Positions 36,422 to 51,210 are shown, counted from the stretch's first letter. The stretch is DNA of 64,000 bases from Azolla caroliniana (GCA_043228905.1 JBHGNT010000020.1:7006001-7070000), one strand, 5' to 3'. Translations and numbers: made by a program. Notes: a model not told the origin generated them from the letters alone.

Positions 36422-37364
36422 TGACGGGAATTGGACGTTCCTTATGTGCAAGACTCGGCCACAACCGAGATTCTTTTCACACACAGAAAAAACAGGTAAT
36501 GAAACGCGACACAAAGAAGAGAAATGGTACACAGGAGGTTTACGTGGAAAACCCCAAACTAGGGGAAAAACCACGGCAGCCCACAGGCTGCAAACTGTCA
36601 CTATGTATGAATGTACAAAACAGTGAGTTCACGGAGGCAACGACCTCGGACTCACGCTCTTCGCCACAGGCGGCGGTTACAACAGAGGCAGCGACCTCTT
36701 TCTCTCTCTCTCTCTGTACACTATTACGTGCTCTCTCTTCTTCTTGCACCAACAAGAAAAATGACAACGACAGTTAGTTTGCCCTAAGTCATATTTATAC
36801 TAATATGACTTTTCGGCTATTTACAAATATAGCCACGATGGGCTCTCAAAAACATATTTACGAATATGTCTCTTCCTCTGGTTCGTACCGGGCCTGCACC
36901 ATCCGGTTCTCCGTAGCCGGGTACTCCTCATCCGGTTCATACCGGGCCTGCACCATCCGGCTCTCCGTAGCCGGGTACTCATCCGGTTCATACCGGGTCT
37001 GCACCATCCGGCTCTCCGTAGCCGGGTACTCCTCATCCGGTTCATACCGGGTCTGCATCATCCGGTTCTCCGTAGCCGGGTACTCCTCATCCGGTTCATA
37101 CCGGGCCTGCACCATCCGGCTCTCCGTAGCCGGGTACTCCTCATCCGGTTCATACCGGGTCTGCATCATCCGGTCCTCCGTAGCCGGGTACTCCTCATCC
37201 GGTTCATACCGGGCCTGCACCATCCGGCTCTCCGTAGCCGGGTACTCCTCATCCGGTTCATACCGGGTCTGCATCATCCGGCTCTCCGTAGCCGGGTACT
37301 CCTCATACCGTTTCGGAGGGACCTGTCTTCTCCCTTCCCATCCGGAGGGACCTGTCTCCCAACA
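36422..37364 (-). mobile_element. Solo LTR (Tnt1-like Copia family) with ~8 x 54-bp tandem repeats
   Basis: TG...CA termini; TSD CATAG; shares GGCTATATTTGTAAATAG and GTTGTGGCCGA blocks with LTRs at 40133, 51222 and 59948. Confidence 0.93.
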
Positions 37365-37369
37365 CATAG

Positions 37370-40020
37370 CCGGATGCTCCGGTACTTGGCAAATCTCACC
37401 ACGCCACTACACGTAGCCGTACACCGGACACCGTTTAAATGGACAGATGAAGAGGACAAGGCTTACCAGGCACTCAAGGTAATGTTGTCACAAGCACCAG
37501 TGGTACAACCCCCGGACTGGTCAAAAGAGTTCCATGTCTTCGTGGACGCGTCGGATATCGCAATCGGCAACGTACTCATGCAACTTACCGAACCTAAGTG
37601 GTACCAGCCAATGTATTACACTAGCTGGAAGCTGTCAAAGGCAAAGCGAAATTATTCCACTACGGAAAGAGAAGCCCTAGGAATGATATATAGTGTCACC
37701 AAATACCGTCATTATTTGTTGGGAAGCAAGTTATCATTCCATGTGGACCATTCAACGCTTTTATACTTGGTCTCAAAGGCATAACTCATCGGCAAGCTGG
37801 CCCGGTGGACATTATTATTACAAGAATTTGAATTTGAGATCTATCACCGGCCGGGTATACAACATGCGGTTGCCGATTACTTGAGCCGGTTAGAATACGG
37901 AGAGACCGGTGACGGTGTTCAAGATGACTTTCCGGATGCCAAATTGTTTAAAATTACAACGGAAACCATGGTAGAGGGGATGGTCGCGGATGAGGACAAA
38001 TGGCTAACGAACATGCACCAGTTCATAAGCACCGGACTACCCCCAAAGGAGATGAACCGGGATGAACGTAAACGGTTGGCGGTGCAAAGCCAACACTTTT
38101 GTCTAGCGTAGGATACACTATATCACAAAGGAGCGGATGGCATATGGCGGCAAGCGGTCCAAAGTGATGAAAAAGACACCATTTTATGGGAAGCGCATTG
38201 TGGGGTTGCCGGAGGACATTATGCCGGAGAAGCTACAACAAGGAAAATATGGCACAACGGCTTATGGTGGCCAACGACACTAAAGGACTCGATCCAATAT
38301 ACGAAGGAATGTGATCTATGTCAAAGAATGGGCCAGCCAACGGAACAAGCGTGCATGTTGCACCAGCCGGTACTACCTCTAGAGCCATTCCTGAAATGGG
38401 GGCTGGACTTCGTTGGACCATTCAAGCCACGGGCAATGCGAACCGGCAACAAGTACATAATTGTCGCCACAGATTACTATACAAAATGGGTGGAAGCCAA
38501 GGTACTACGTTGTCGTGACGATTTTCGGCTACGGTGTGAAACCAAGTGAGACGAATAAACCAAGGATGTGCAACATTGCACATACACTTAGCAAATAAGC
38601 CTCCTAAGGCCTAGTGGCACTTGAGTTCATACACAGAGGTGCAAGCAAGGTTTGAACCTTACACCTCTAAGATACAAGATGATTGCCTTACCATTAGGAC
38701 AACTATCATATAGTGTAGATTCTATGTATTTCCTTTTCATATACGAATTATAGATGAAGCAACCATAGAAAACCATGTGCACAAAACCATGGTTCTAAAC
38801 ACATGGTTTGTGCATGACATAAGCAAAACCATGTGCACAAAACCATGGTTTTAGCCCATGGTTTTGTGCATGTCACAAACATGGAAAGACCTATAAAAGC
38901 CTCTAGTTGGGCTTGTGTAAGGGGGGCTCAATATGTGATATCACCAACACCACTATCATCAATATAATTATATTCGTCTTTATCTTCTTCATATTTTTCT
39001 ACTTCTCAAGTGTACAATCCTTCTTCTTCTCAAGTGAACAAATTTCATCAAATCTTACATTGATCGTCATCTCTTCGATAATTCCGCGAACATCCTCCCC
39101 AGTCCAAGACCCCGGTGGTCGCTCGAGTAGCACACGCACGCGTGAATCTTCGCGACAACGTGACAATATCGTGGCGTCGACAGCAAAGTTCCTATACGAG
39201 TACATCTAGTGCCGGTATGGATGTCTAATCGAATTAATCAGCGATCAAGGTGGACACTTCCTCGGCCAAGTGGTGGAAAGCCTAAGAACATTTTATGCGG
39301 TCGTCCACAAGCGAAGCACCCCTTATTACCCACAGGCCAATGGATTGGCCGAATCCACCAATAAAACTCTGTAGAACATTCTCCGGAAGATTGTCAATGA
39401 GAACCGAATCGATTGGGATACAAAGTTGCACAACGCGTATCCGGACGGCATACAAAACAAGTATCCGGACAACACCATTCCGGTCAACGTTTGGTCTCAA
39501 AGCGGTGATGCCAATAGAATTCCAGATTCCAAGCTTACAAATACAAGTCCGGGACCGACTAAGCGAGAAGGAGTTGGAAAAAATCCGGTTAGCAGCACTA
39601 TGCGAGCTGGAGGAGCACCGAATAGCGATCCTAATGCAGATGGAACTCGAGCAACGATGAAGGAAAGCATTCGTCGACCGCCACCGGAAGGGTAATGACA
39701 AGATGTTTGGAATCGGCAAGCTGGTACTAGTGTTCCAGACCCGGATGGGCAAGATGCCAGGGAAGCTACGATTTTGGTGGACCAGACCATATTGGATAAC
39801 ACGAGAGTTCCACAGCTCATATCAGCTGGGAACGCTAGCCGGCGAGGTGTTGGACAAGTGGGTAAATGGGTTCTGACTTAAACCATATTATAGACCCATG
39901 CCACAGAACCCGTTTCATCAACCAGAGAACAATGCGGAAATAGGCAGCGGCAAGCAGTTGGCCAACAACCATGAAGAAAAACAGACAAGGGAGTCGGGGT
40001 TACCGGGTAACCAGAACTAG
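37370..40020 (+). pseudogene. RNase H and integrase of Gypsy B (interrupted 38511-39157)
   Basis: [42 protein letters not shown]. Confidence 0.92.
38511..39157 (+). mobile_element. TGTCG-terminated non-coding insert
   Basis: TGTCGTGACGATT...AATCTTCGCGACA (11/13 inverted match); 4-bp TSD ACGT. Confidence 0.92.
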
Positions 40021-40337
40021 AAAAAAAAAAAAAGTCATCATGCAAAGGCGAGGAGCAAACTGACCCCTCGAAAAGGCATGCAATGGCTATTTAAAGCTTA
40101 GTTAAAGCGCACCAAGTGTCACACAATTGCTATGTTAGGATTTCGGTCCCTACGAATGGGATGATGAAGGCCCAGTAAGAACTTGATGTTGAGTACCCAG
40201 CAAGGAAGACCCAGTGAGAACCGGATGTTGCAGGCCCGGTGAGAACCTCTCACCGGATGAAGGGACATATATGTAAACAAGTTCCAGAGAGCCCACTGGG
40301 GCTATATTTGTAAATAGCCCGAAAGTCATATTAGTAT

Positions 40338-40966
40338 TGACGAGGTAGAGATGATAGAAAGGAGAGATAAGGAAGATAAACAGACCCAAAACCACAAAGA
40401 TCTATTGCTAATGAATAATTATGATGGAAGGAAGAGAGAAAGAAGATACATAAATCCAAGTCTACAAGGATAAATTGATAACAACTCAAATAACACTACG
40501 TGAATAGGCAAGAAAACATCACAAGAAAGAGACTCACTCACACCACCTTACTCTTCTTCCTTTATATAAAGTTCTCTTCCACTGGATAAGTTTCCCTTGC
40601 TTTCTTTTTTATGCTTTTTTTAGAGTTTTCATCGAGTCCTATTCTTATCTATGACACAACGATCTTCAAATCATTATATCTCCCTCATCCAAGTTCCAAA
40701 TTTAGAGCTTTAAAAAGCTACGGATAGCTCTCTTCATAAGCTTTCCAACCCATATTTGGCTTCCAAACGAATGAGTTATGAGCGTTCGTTTCAGACTGTG
40801 TTTTGGTACCCCGCTTTTTTCTTCTTTTACTTTTCTCCACGTGTCTTGCTTTTAGTTTGACTTATCCTCAAGACCTTGGTTCGTGTCATTGACCTCCCGA
40901 TGTGAATGCTCCATACCTTATATTCTTGTAGTGTTCAATACTTTGAATTCTAAAAACACTTTCACA
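40338..40966. mobile_element. Solo LTR of an unrelated family inside the 5' LTR
   Basis: TG...CA termini; TSD AGTAT (40333-40337, 40967-40971); absent from the partner LTR. Confidence 0.85.
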
Positions 40967-41064
40967 AGTATAAATATGACCTAGGGCAAACAGAGAACGT
41001 TGTTGTTGTCATTATTTGTTGTATAGAGTTATTGGTGTAACTGTTGTACAGAGCGTAGCCGAGG

Positions 41065-41136
<72 letters not shown>

Positions 41137-41441
41137 CAGAGTGAGTCTCTGTTGTAACCGCCGCCAAGCGAAGATTGTGAGCACGAGGTCGTTGCCTCTG
41201 TGCTCCCCTATTGTATTCTCCTTACATAGTGATAGTTCGGAGTCTGTGGGCTCCCGTGGTTTTTCCCGTTTAGGGTTTTCCACATTAACATTCTGTGCAT
41301 TCTCTTCTATTTGTGTACTTACTTCCATTTCTCCATTTGTACTGTGTTTGATTATCATTAAGTGATCTCAGTCTCAGTTGTGGCCGAAGATTATTCCACA
41401 TATTCTCAACAATCTGGTATCAGAGCGAAACGACACAGAAA

Positions 41442-43755
41442 ATGGAAGAATCGTTCGGCGGCATGTTCAAGCTCACCGACTCCAACTACTTAGTGTGGAA
41501 GTCGAAGATAAGGGACATGCAAGTGGTTAAAGATCTTTGGTTGCCAGTTCAGATCGGGGACAAGAGACTGGATAAGATCGACGCCACGGTGTGGGAGGTG
41601 ATGCCCATGAAGACGATGGCATACATCCGGTGTTTCATCAACATGAACCTGTACAACAACTTCAATGAAGAGAGCAAGGCTCATGAGCTCTGGGAGAAGA
41701 TCGGCATTATGTTACAGAACAAAAATGTTGTTAATCGGGTTTCGGAAGCTAGTAAGACTCCGGTACCAAGATGGCTCCAGTATGGCGGAGAACATGAATG
41801 CCTTCCAGGGGCTGATTCACCAAGCAACATCGTTGGAAGTAGCTCTCGCCGATGAGGTACTAGCACTGCTCCTGCTTGGTTCCCTCCCAGATAGCTGGGA
41901 GACGTTAGTTGTCACTCTGGGCAATGTCGGACCGAAAGGGAAACAATTATCCCTAGCAAGTGTCAAGTCGAGCTTGCTAGATGAGGAGGTGCATCGGAAA
42001 GACAAGGATACGAGCTCCGACTCCAAAGTGCTCCTTACCGAAAGGAACCAGAGTCCCCAGAACCGGGAAAAGTCTGGGACACGGTCAAAGTCAAGAGGAA
42101 GGCCCACTTGCTTCTACTGTGGGAAGCCGGGGCACTTCCAAAAGAACTGTCAGCATTTCCGCAAAGAGAAGGAAACCGACGGTACCGATTCGAAGCAGTC
42201 ATTGGACCGGAACGGGAAAGACCAGAGGGGACCGAAGGGGACCAGACCAGAAGGGAACGATGGCAATCACGGCAAGTGAAGAAGAGTTGATGCTCATCAC
42301 CGAGGAGAGTGAGTTGAACCTTGCAGGCGACATGACAACGTGGTTTGTTGATTCCGGAGCGTCGTTCCACCTGACCCCAGACCGGAAATGCTTCTCATCC
42401 TACACAGCCAGTGAGCACGGTTGTGCCCGGATGGGGAATGAAGGGACATGCCGAATTATCGGCATAGGAGATGTGTTGTTGACGACATCAACCGGATGCA
42501 AGTTGCTGCTAAAGGATGTATGACACGTTCCTGAGGTTCGACTGAACCTAATATCAGCCGGTAGGCTAGACGATGAAGGCTACACGGGTAGCATCCGGAA
42601 CGGAGTCATGAAGTTCAGCAAAGGGAGCCTAATAGTGGCTAGGGCCCGAAAAGTCAACACATTGTACCTAATGAATGCCCGGTTATGCCGGGAAGAAGTG
42701 AACATTGCATCCGACACTGTCGGTGAGCTGTGGCACAAGAGACTGTGTCACATGAGTGAGAAGGGGATGAAGAGGCTTACCGATGACAACCTCATTCCAG
42801 TAAAAGACGTGCATCTTGAGAAGTGCACCGACTGCCTGGCCGGTAAGCAAAACCGGACCTCCTTCCACTCAAAGCCACCGATGAGACGTAATGCACCACT
42901 GGAGCTGGTGCATACCGATGTGTGTCAAGTGGACACGAAGTCACATGCCTGATCACAGTACTTCGTGACGTTCATAGACGACCACAACTGCAAGTTGTGG
43001 GCCACACCATTGAAGACGAAGGATCGGGTGTTATCCGTCTTCAAGGAGCTCCACGCAAGAGTGGAAAGAGAAATCGGTCGGAAGCTGAAGGCGGTTCGAG
43101 CAGATAATGGAGGAGAATATCGGGGGCAGTTCGAGGAATATTGTTGCTCGAAGGGAATCCGGCTTGAATTTACTATGCCGAAGACGCCAGAACTAAACGG
43201 GTTGGCCGAGAGGATGAACCGAACCATAATGGAGAGGGTCTGGAGTATGCTAGCACATGCAAAGTTACCCAAGAAATTTTGGGTTGAGGCGCTGGCAACA
43301 GCGACGTACGTGATAAATAGGTCACCCTTACGTGCATGTCGCAAAGGACCGGAGATCAAAGTTGGATCCAAAGTCCTGGCCTTGCATATTCTTCGGATAC
43401 GGCAATGATAAGTTCGGCTACCAAGTGCGGGATCCAATCAACAAGAAGGTTTTCTGGAGTCGAGATATTATCTTCATGGAGGACAAGACCCTTGTCGATT
43501 GGGAGTCAGAGAAGAAGATAATGAACTCTGAGTCGACCAGTAAGGATCGGTTCGATGAGATTCAGACCTACCTGGCTTAGAGCCGGTTGACACTCGAAGA
43601 ACTGGACGGCTACGGTGAGGATACCGAACCGGCAGAACAAGAAGAACAAGAAGCAGAAACCGGAACCGGCCAAGACCCCGAATCAGATTCGGATAAAAAA
43701 CAAATAGAGGAGCCGGTTGTTGAAAGCCAAGGACGCAGATATCCTCTTAGAGAGA
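41442..43755 (+). pseudogene. Copia gag, PR, INT (frameshifts/stops)
   Basis: LLLLGSLPDSW, CFYCGKPGHFQKNC, WFVDSGASFH, LWHKRLCHMSEKG, FIDD, NGLAERMNRT. Confidence 0.92.
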
Positions 43756-46700
43756 TGTAAAAACAAATAGCGTGCGAAAGCAATAGAAAACAAAAAACAG
43801 AGAACGGGTTTAATGGAGAGCTTAATAGTACCTGAGAGAGACAGAGACAGAGACAGAGAGACAGAGAACAAGAATCTCTATTCAAAAATTATATCAACGC
43901 TCTGTTCATCGTATGTGTTCAGCGAACACTTATATACAAGTCCATACGGGCTGACAAAAGTACAGTGTACTTCAATGCTCACTCGAGCGTCTGACACTAA
44001 CTACGAGAGTAATAACTCCCTAGCAGTCTAGCTACTACTAGGCTTCTGGTTACTGATGGATTTGGCTAATCGGCTCCCCAGCTCACCAGCTCTTTTGCTC
44101 ACTGGGTGCTCACCGATCCATCTCACTCACCGGCTCAAGCTTATCCAGCCGATCCGGCTCCAATTGAGCTTGCCGCTCAACACTCCCCCTCAAGCTCAAC
44201 TTGAGGTCCGGTCATAGTGTCAACGTTTGTGGCAAGCAGTCCTTCTGCCCGGCTCCTTCTGGCGTCATTCCGCCTTGCTCGCGCTCCTCGTCTGGTCCAG
44301 TTCTGTTTGGCGCAACCCCTCTTGTTCTGCGCACCTCAACCTCCTCGGTCGGCTGTGACTTCAGCGAGTGCCAATTCGCCGATTCCTTCGTGTTGGCGGC
44401 GACTTTCGTTGCCTTCTCATCCTCTTGGCCATGAATTGATCCGGTTCTTCCGAATCTGTCTGTTGAACTGAATCGATTGTCTCTGATTCATTCTAGCTCT
44501 TGTCCGAATCGGTTGCTCCCGATTCATCTTCTGGTTCACGGCCCTTCACCACATCGGACCATGTCCGGGTCTTGGCCTTCTTCTTCCGGTCAGCTCTGTC
44601 CTTCTTCACTCTGCCGCCGCTGCCGTTTGTTCCGACTTGTTCAGATGTGTCGACTTCCTTTGTCGACTCGGTTCCTTTCTTCTTCTTGATTCTCCCTTCG
44701 ACAGTTCTTCCCTCACCGGCACAATCGGCAATCTCTTTGCCTTTGCCCGTTCCGGTGTCTTTGCCCGTTCTCCCCCTCAAGTGTGACACGTCGAGATGTT
44801 GAACACCAAGCATTTCGGTGAAGTGCTGCAACTTGTCCGATCCGAGTGGTTTGGTGAAGATGTCGGCAACTTGCCGATCCATGTGAACATACCGAAGTTC
44901 GACCTCACCGCTCAGGACACGCTCACACACGAAGTGATAGTGCACTTCTATGTGCTTTGTGCGAGCATAGAATAAGGGGTTCTTGGCGAGCTGCATACTG
45001 TTGATGTTGTCGCAGTAGATCTGAATCGGGGTCGGTACCTCTATCCGTAGGTCTTGCAGCAGTCGCTGAAGCCAAATGGCTTCACATGTTGCAATGGTAG
45101 CGCCTTGATACTCAGCCTCAGTGCTCGATAGAGCAACTGTTGGCTGCTCCATGCAACAACCGCGCTACCTAGGGAAAACATGTAACCGGAGGTTGATCGG
45201 CGATCTGATGCATCGCCGGCCCAGTCGGCATCTGTGTAACCGACCAGCTCTTCGGTTATACCGTGCCGGTATAACAGTCCCCGGTCCTTAGTGCCGCTCA
45301 CATACCGCAGTATTCGGTGCACGCACTGAAGATGCTCCACGGTCAGCTTCTGCATGAATTGGCGAATCACACTGACTGGATAGCTGATGTCGGGTCGGGT
45401 GATGGTCAAATATATAAGGCTTCCGACAATTTGTCGGAACCGTTTCTCATCGCAGGCCGGTCCAGAGTCGAGACGGAGCTTCTAGTTCCAATCCAGGGGA
45501 GTAAAGATAGGTCGGCATTCCGTCATGTCGAACTTGTACAGCATATTCAACACATAGTGCCTTTGTGAGAGCAATATGTCGTCGGGGGTGCGAATCACCT
45601 TGATCCCAAGAAAATATTGAAGGTCCTTCATCTCAAACACATCCGACAACTAGGACTTGACTCGGTTGATTTCATCGAGTCCGGGTCCGGTGATGACCAG
45701 ATCATCAACGTACAACAAGATGCAAACCGAACCATCTGAACCTTGTCGAATGAACAACGAAGAGTTAGACTTGGAGGCCGCAAACCCCATCTTACGCAAC
45801 CGGTGCGTGATCTTTGCATTCCAAGCTCGGGGGGCTTGCTTCAGGCCATAAAGTGACTTCTTCAGCCGGCATACCGCCGACTTGTTCATCTCCGTCTGGA
45901 AACCAAGGGGTTGTATCATAAAGACCTCTTCTTCAAGATCTCCTTGAAGAAATGCATTCTTCACATCCATCTGGTGAAGATGCCACCCCCTTGTCGCTGC
46001 TACCGCCAGCACCACACGAACCGTCGTCATCTTCGCTACCGGAGCGAAGGTCTCGTCATAGTCGATTCCGTGGGTCTGTGCGTATCCCTTCACCACTAAT
46101 CGGGCCTTGTACTGGTTAACTGAGCCGTCGTCGTTGTATTTTACCTTGTACACCCACTAGCATCCAATCGGTTTACTGTGACGGGGAGGGTCAACCAGGT
46201 CCCATGTATCGTTGGCATCAAGTGCCTGCATCTCTTCTTCCATAGCAGCACGCCAATGTGTGTCTTTTGCCGCTTCTGCGTAGCTCTCCGGCTCACACAC
46301 TTCTGCCACCTTGGTCATGTACGCATAGTGATGCGCCATGTACTCATTGTACCCATACTGCTTAACAGGTTCCTTCTGGCGAGTTGACCGGCGTAACCCA
46401 CCGTTACCCGGTTTGAGGCCCTTCTTGGCCGGTTAAGTCTTCGAAGCCGAAGAGCCGTCATTTTCCTTTCCGGAGTCGGATCCGCTCCGATCCGACTCAT
46501 CAATACCAGTTCCATAATCCGGCATCTTCTTCTTCCCCTTCTCTTTGCGCGTGCACCGTCTCCTCGGTTCCTTGCGCAGGGAGAGCACGGCAAAGTCTTC
46601 ACTACTCGCCGGTTCTTCTTCTGACTGGTCGGATTGAGCCAGTCTCTCGTTCGGCCCACTCAACCAAAACGAATCCGGACTCTCTTCTTGAGTCCCGAAT

Positions 46701-49581
46701 TCATCATCTTCTAACTGGACCGGTTCAGGCTCACTAGCCTCATCCTCCGGTATCGGGTCGGGGTCAGAAGTCGGAGCTGGTAAGGCATACCATGATGTCG
46801 TCTCATCAAACTCAACATCGCGGCTAACTCGGACCTACTTCTCCATGGGTTATAACACTTATACCCCTTTTGCTCATGTGAGTAGCTGACGAGGATGCAC
46901 TTCTCCGATTTTGCATCCAGCTTCCTCCGCTTCTCATCCGGCACATGCACATATGCTATGCTGCCGAAAATCGGAAGGTGTCTCAAATTCGGCTTGCGCC
47001 CGAAATACAGCTCATGCGCAGACACCTTGTCACCGATCCGGTTTTGGATGTAGACGGCCGTCCAGACCGCCTCTGCCCAGAAGAAATGGGGCATGCTCTT
47101 CTCTTCCAACATTGCCCTTGCCGCGTCGACAAGCGACCGGTTCTTCCTTTCGGCCACACTGTTTTGCTCCGGTGTGTATCTGCAGCTGAACTCTCTCCGA
47201 ATTCCTGTTTGTTGCAGATAACTGTTGAATTGGCCGGAGAAATATTCTTTTCCGCCATTTGACCGCATGCACTTGATCTTCCTCTCCGATTCCCATTCCA
47301 CCATGCTCTGGAGGTTCCGGAAACAGTCAAAGACTTCGCTCTTCCGCTCAATGAGGTAGATCCATGTGTGCCAGTTATAGTCGTCGATGAAGGAGACGAA
47401 GTATCGACTCCCACCAAGACTCATGTTCTATGCAGGTCCCCATACATCCGAATGAATAAGGTCGAGCTTGTTACGGCTACGGTTTTGTTCGGCGGGGAAT
47501 GGAAGCTGGTGTTGCTTCCCGAGTTGGCAGGCTTCACATACTTGGGCCTTCTGGCCACTAAACTTCGGCAAACCGAAAACAACTTGTTTCGTTTGCAAGT
47601 CTTGAAGCCGTCGGTAATTGACATGGCCGATCCACTTGTGCCACAGGTCGATGTCCGATTCGACCTTCTGTCCTTTGGCGAACAAGGCAGTGCCGACATC
47701 ATTGGTGTCGAGGATGAACATCCTCCCATCTCTGCGCCCTTGTGCGATAATCTGGCCCTCCTCCTCGATGAAGCACTCGAGGTGCGTAAACCGCACCTAC
47801 ATTCCCTGGTCGATGATCTGTCCTACCGACACCAGGTTCTTCGTGATAGTCGGAACGTGTAATACGTTCATCAGCTTCCCCCTCTATCCGGCGTGGCTTA
47901 GGGGAACTTCTCCGACATGCACGATTGGGTGAGGAGTGTCGTCTCCTGTTTCGACACCTCCTGGTTGTTCCGGTTTCTCCAAGAAGGAGAACCACTCTTT
48001 GTGGCTCGTCATGTGATTTGACGCACAGGAATCAACGTACCACACTTCCTCCGATTTGGAAGTGGTCTTCTTCATCGAGTTTGCCTCGTGCTTCATCACC
48101 AAGGCTGGCCCCTTACCGGTCTTCCCGATTCCGGATCCTCTCAACCCTTGTGCGTAGTGCAAGCTTTGCCATTTCTCCCGACCAGTTTTGCCAGATCCAG
48201 ATCTGTTCGAATTGGCGCGCTTCTTCCAGCACTCGCTTTCTCTATGGCCCTTTTTACCACAATACCAGCATTCCATGGCGGATTTGTCTTGTCGGCCTCC
48301 GGCTCCACCTTGACTCCCCCTGCTTGTGGAAGTCCTGGAACTGTTGTCGGCACGGTCTTTGTGCCGTCGGTCTTGCCCTTGCCGGCCGCCTCCATTGCAT
48401 GCCAACCTGCCTAGTCCACCACGCCCACGGGGCCGATCCGCCTCCGTGTACAACATCCGGTTGTCGGTGGGTGCACTTGTTGACGCACCGGCGTGGTTCT
48501 CCTCTACAAGGAGCATCGACTATAAGTCGAAAAATGACGGCATATTCTCCCTTGTACATATTGTTGTCCGGAAAGCTCGGAACTTAGACGCCAGACCCCC
48601 AAGACAAACCTGTACCATCTCGTCTTCCTCTACAGTGACGTTGATAGAGGCAAACGAGCCACAGATCTCTTTGATTCAGGTCGTGTAATCAACCACTGAC
48701 ATGTCCTTCTGTCGGGCATTGCTTAACTCCTGTTGGAGTTGCAGCTTCCAAGTTGTGGTGCTTGCGGCAAACTCCTTCTTCAGGTTTCCCCAAGCCTCTT
48801 TTGGCGTGCCGGCATCTCGGACGTGGCTCAGTAGCTGGTCTCCGACACTGGACGCAAAGCAATACATCACTTTGCTTGTCGATTGTTCCCACACCGGGAA
48901 GTCCTTGTGTGCCGCATCAGGTGCTGTGTTGTTAGCTCCGTCAACATAGCTCTAGTAACCATGCCCAAGCAGGTACTGGTGCATCTTGTATGACCAAGAT
49001 GCGTAGTTGGATCTGTCGAGCTTCTCCACCGGTAGCGAGCTAGCCATTCCTCTATCCATTGGTTTTTCTTTGGTTCTTTACAAAGGTTAGGTTTTCTTCT
49101 TGCGAAAGCGAATGTCGATTGTAGAGGTTCTCAACCCTCACGCTCTGATACCATGTAAAAACAAATAGTGCGCGGAAGCAATAAAACAACAGAAAACAGA
49201 GAACAAGTTTAATAGAGAGCTTAACAGTACGCGGGAGAGACAGAGAGAGACAGAGAGAGACAGAGAACAAGAATATTTATTCAAAAATTATATCAATGCT
49301 CTGTTCATCGTATGTGTTCAGCGAACACTTATATACAGGTCCATACGGGTTGACAGAAGTACAGTGTACTTCAATGCTCACTCGAGCATCTGACACTAAC
49401 TACGAGAGTAATAACTCCGTAGCAATCTAGCTGCTACTAGGCTTCCAGTTACTAATGGATCCGGCTAACCGGCTCCCCAGCTCACCTACTCTTTTGCTCA
49501 CCAGGTGCTCACCGATCCGTCTCGCTCACCGGCTCATGCTTATCCAGCCGATCCGGCTCCAATTGAGCTTGCCGCTCAACA
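43756..49581 (-). mobile_element. Full-length Copia element (related to 5116-10152)
   Basis: LTRs 43756-44182 and 49154-49581; TSD AGAGA; Met PBS 49142-49153; PPT GAGCTTGAGGGGGAG. Confidence 0.95.
44493..49047 (-). pseudogene. Copia gag-pol (stops/frameshifts) with charged C-terminal extension
   Basis: CWYCGKKGHRESEC, WYVDSCASNHMT, HSDVWGP, YKARLV, MDVKNAFL, LYVDDL, YTDADWAG, RTKHIEVHYHF. Confidence 0.93.
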
Positions 49582-49586
49582 AGAGA

Positions 49587-51210
49587 GAAGGGCCCCACAG
49601 AGATTTCCAGATGAAGAGCGTGTGTTGCTAACCGATGAGGGGGAGCCGGAAAGCTTCAAAGAAGCAAAGGAGGACACCCACAACCGCAAGTGGTTGAGTG
49701 CCATGCAGGATGAGATGGATTCCCTGCATGAGAACCACACGTATGAATTGGTGGAGTTGCCGAATGGAAAGCGGGCACTCCGGAATAAGTGGGTGTACAA
49801 GTTAAAACCGGGAGATGCCGGCAACCCCCCAAGATACAAAGCCAGGATCGTGGTAAAGGGGTTCCAGTAGAAAAAGGGTGTGGACTTCAACGAGATATTT
49901 GCCCCGGTAGTAAAGATAACTACCATCCAGATGGTGCTAAGCATAGCGGCAAGTATGGACCTCGAGGTAGAGCAGTTAGACATGAAGACGGCGTTCCTCC
50001 ACGACGACCTCGAAGAGGAGATCTACATGCAGCAACCGGAAGGATTTGTGAAGAAAGGGAAGGAGCACCTGGTTTGCCGATTGAAGAAGAGCCTCTACGG
50101 TTTGAAGCAGGCTCCCCGACAATGGTACCGGAAGTTCGACCTCTTCATGACCGATCAAGGGTACCACAAGACGCAGGCCGATCACTGTGTATTTGTGAAG
50201 AAGTTTGAAGATGGAGACTTCCTGATACTCCTCTACGTGGACGACATGTTGATCGTCGGACGAGACCAAGTCAAGATACGGATGATGAAGAAGGCTCTGA
50301 ACCGGACCTTCTCAAAGAAAGACTTGGGTCCGGCAAGACAGATACTGGGGATGCATATCATCTGGGACCAGTCAACGAAGCAATTATGGTTGTCACAGGA
50401 GAAGTATGTGACAAAGGTGCTTCAACGGTTCAACATGTCAGATGCGAAACCAGTCGGATCGACACTCCCGGAAAACTGCAGGTTATCCGGTAAGCAAAGT
50501 CCGAAGACGAAGGCAGAGAAGGTGGATATGATGAAGATACCATATGCCTCTGCTGTCAGGAGCTTAATGTACGCAATGGTGTGCACCCAACCGAATATCG
50601 GATACGGAGTCGGAGTAGTGAGCCGGTTTATGAGCAATCCCGACAAGGAGCACTGGAATCCGGTAAAATGCATACTCCGGTACTTAAAAGGCACCTCAAC
50701 TATGTATCTCTGATTCCGCTCCAGTAAACCTCAACTTGACGGTTTCACCGATTCGGATATGTCGGCTGATGCGGATACCAGCCGGTCAACATCGAGATAT
50801 GTTATGACATATGCAAGGGGAGTTGTTTCGTGGCAGTCGAGGCTGCAGAAGACGGTTGCGTTGTCAACAACGGAGGCGGAGTACATGGCGGTTGTGGAAG
50901 CCGGCAAGGAAATACTATGGATGAAGGACTTCATCGAAGAGTTAGGGATCCGGCAAGAGGAACATCGGCTCTATTGCGACAGTCAAAGTGCCATCCACCT
51001 TGCAAAGAACCCTGCCTACCATTCCAAGACGAAGCACATCCAGCGGAGGTACCACTGGATTCAGGAGCGAGTAGAAGACCGAGAGTTCGTGCTGACGAAG
51101 ATTCACACATAGGAGAACGGGTCGGATATGCTTACCAAGGTGCTGACGCCCGACAAGTTGGACGCGTGCCGGAAGTGAATTGGACTAACCAGACATCCCA
51201 TGCCGGAGTG
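49587..51210 (+). pseudogene. Copia RT and RNase H (continuation of 41442-43755)
   Basis: YKARIVVKGF, LYGLKQAPRQW, LYVDDML, STTEAEY, KTKHIQRRYHW. Confidence 0.93.

Noticed and set aside
36805-37416. ORFs with 18-aa repeats (EEYPATESRMVQARYEPD), also at 12450-13017
   Set aside because: By-product of a stop-free 54-bp tandem repeat inside an LTR, open on both strands
41067-41134. (GA)n/(CT)n microsatellites here and at ~14531, 19807, 32121 and 51492
   Set aside because: Ordinary LTR-internal tracts
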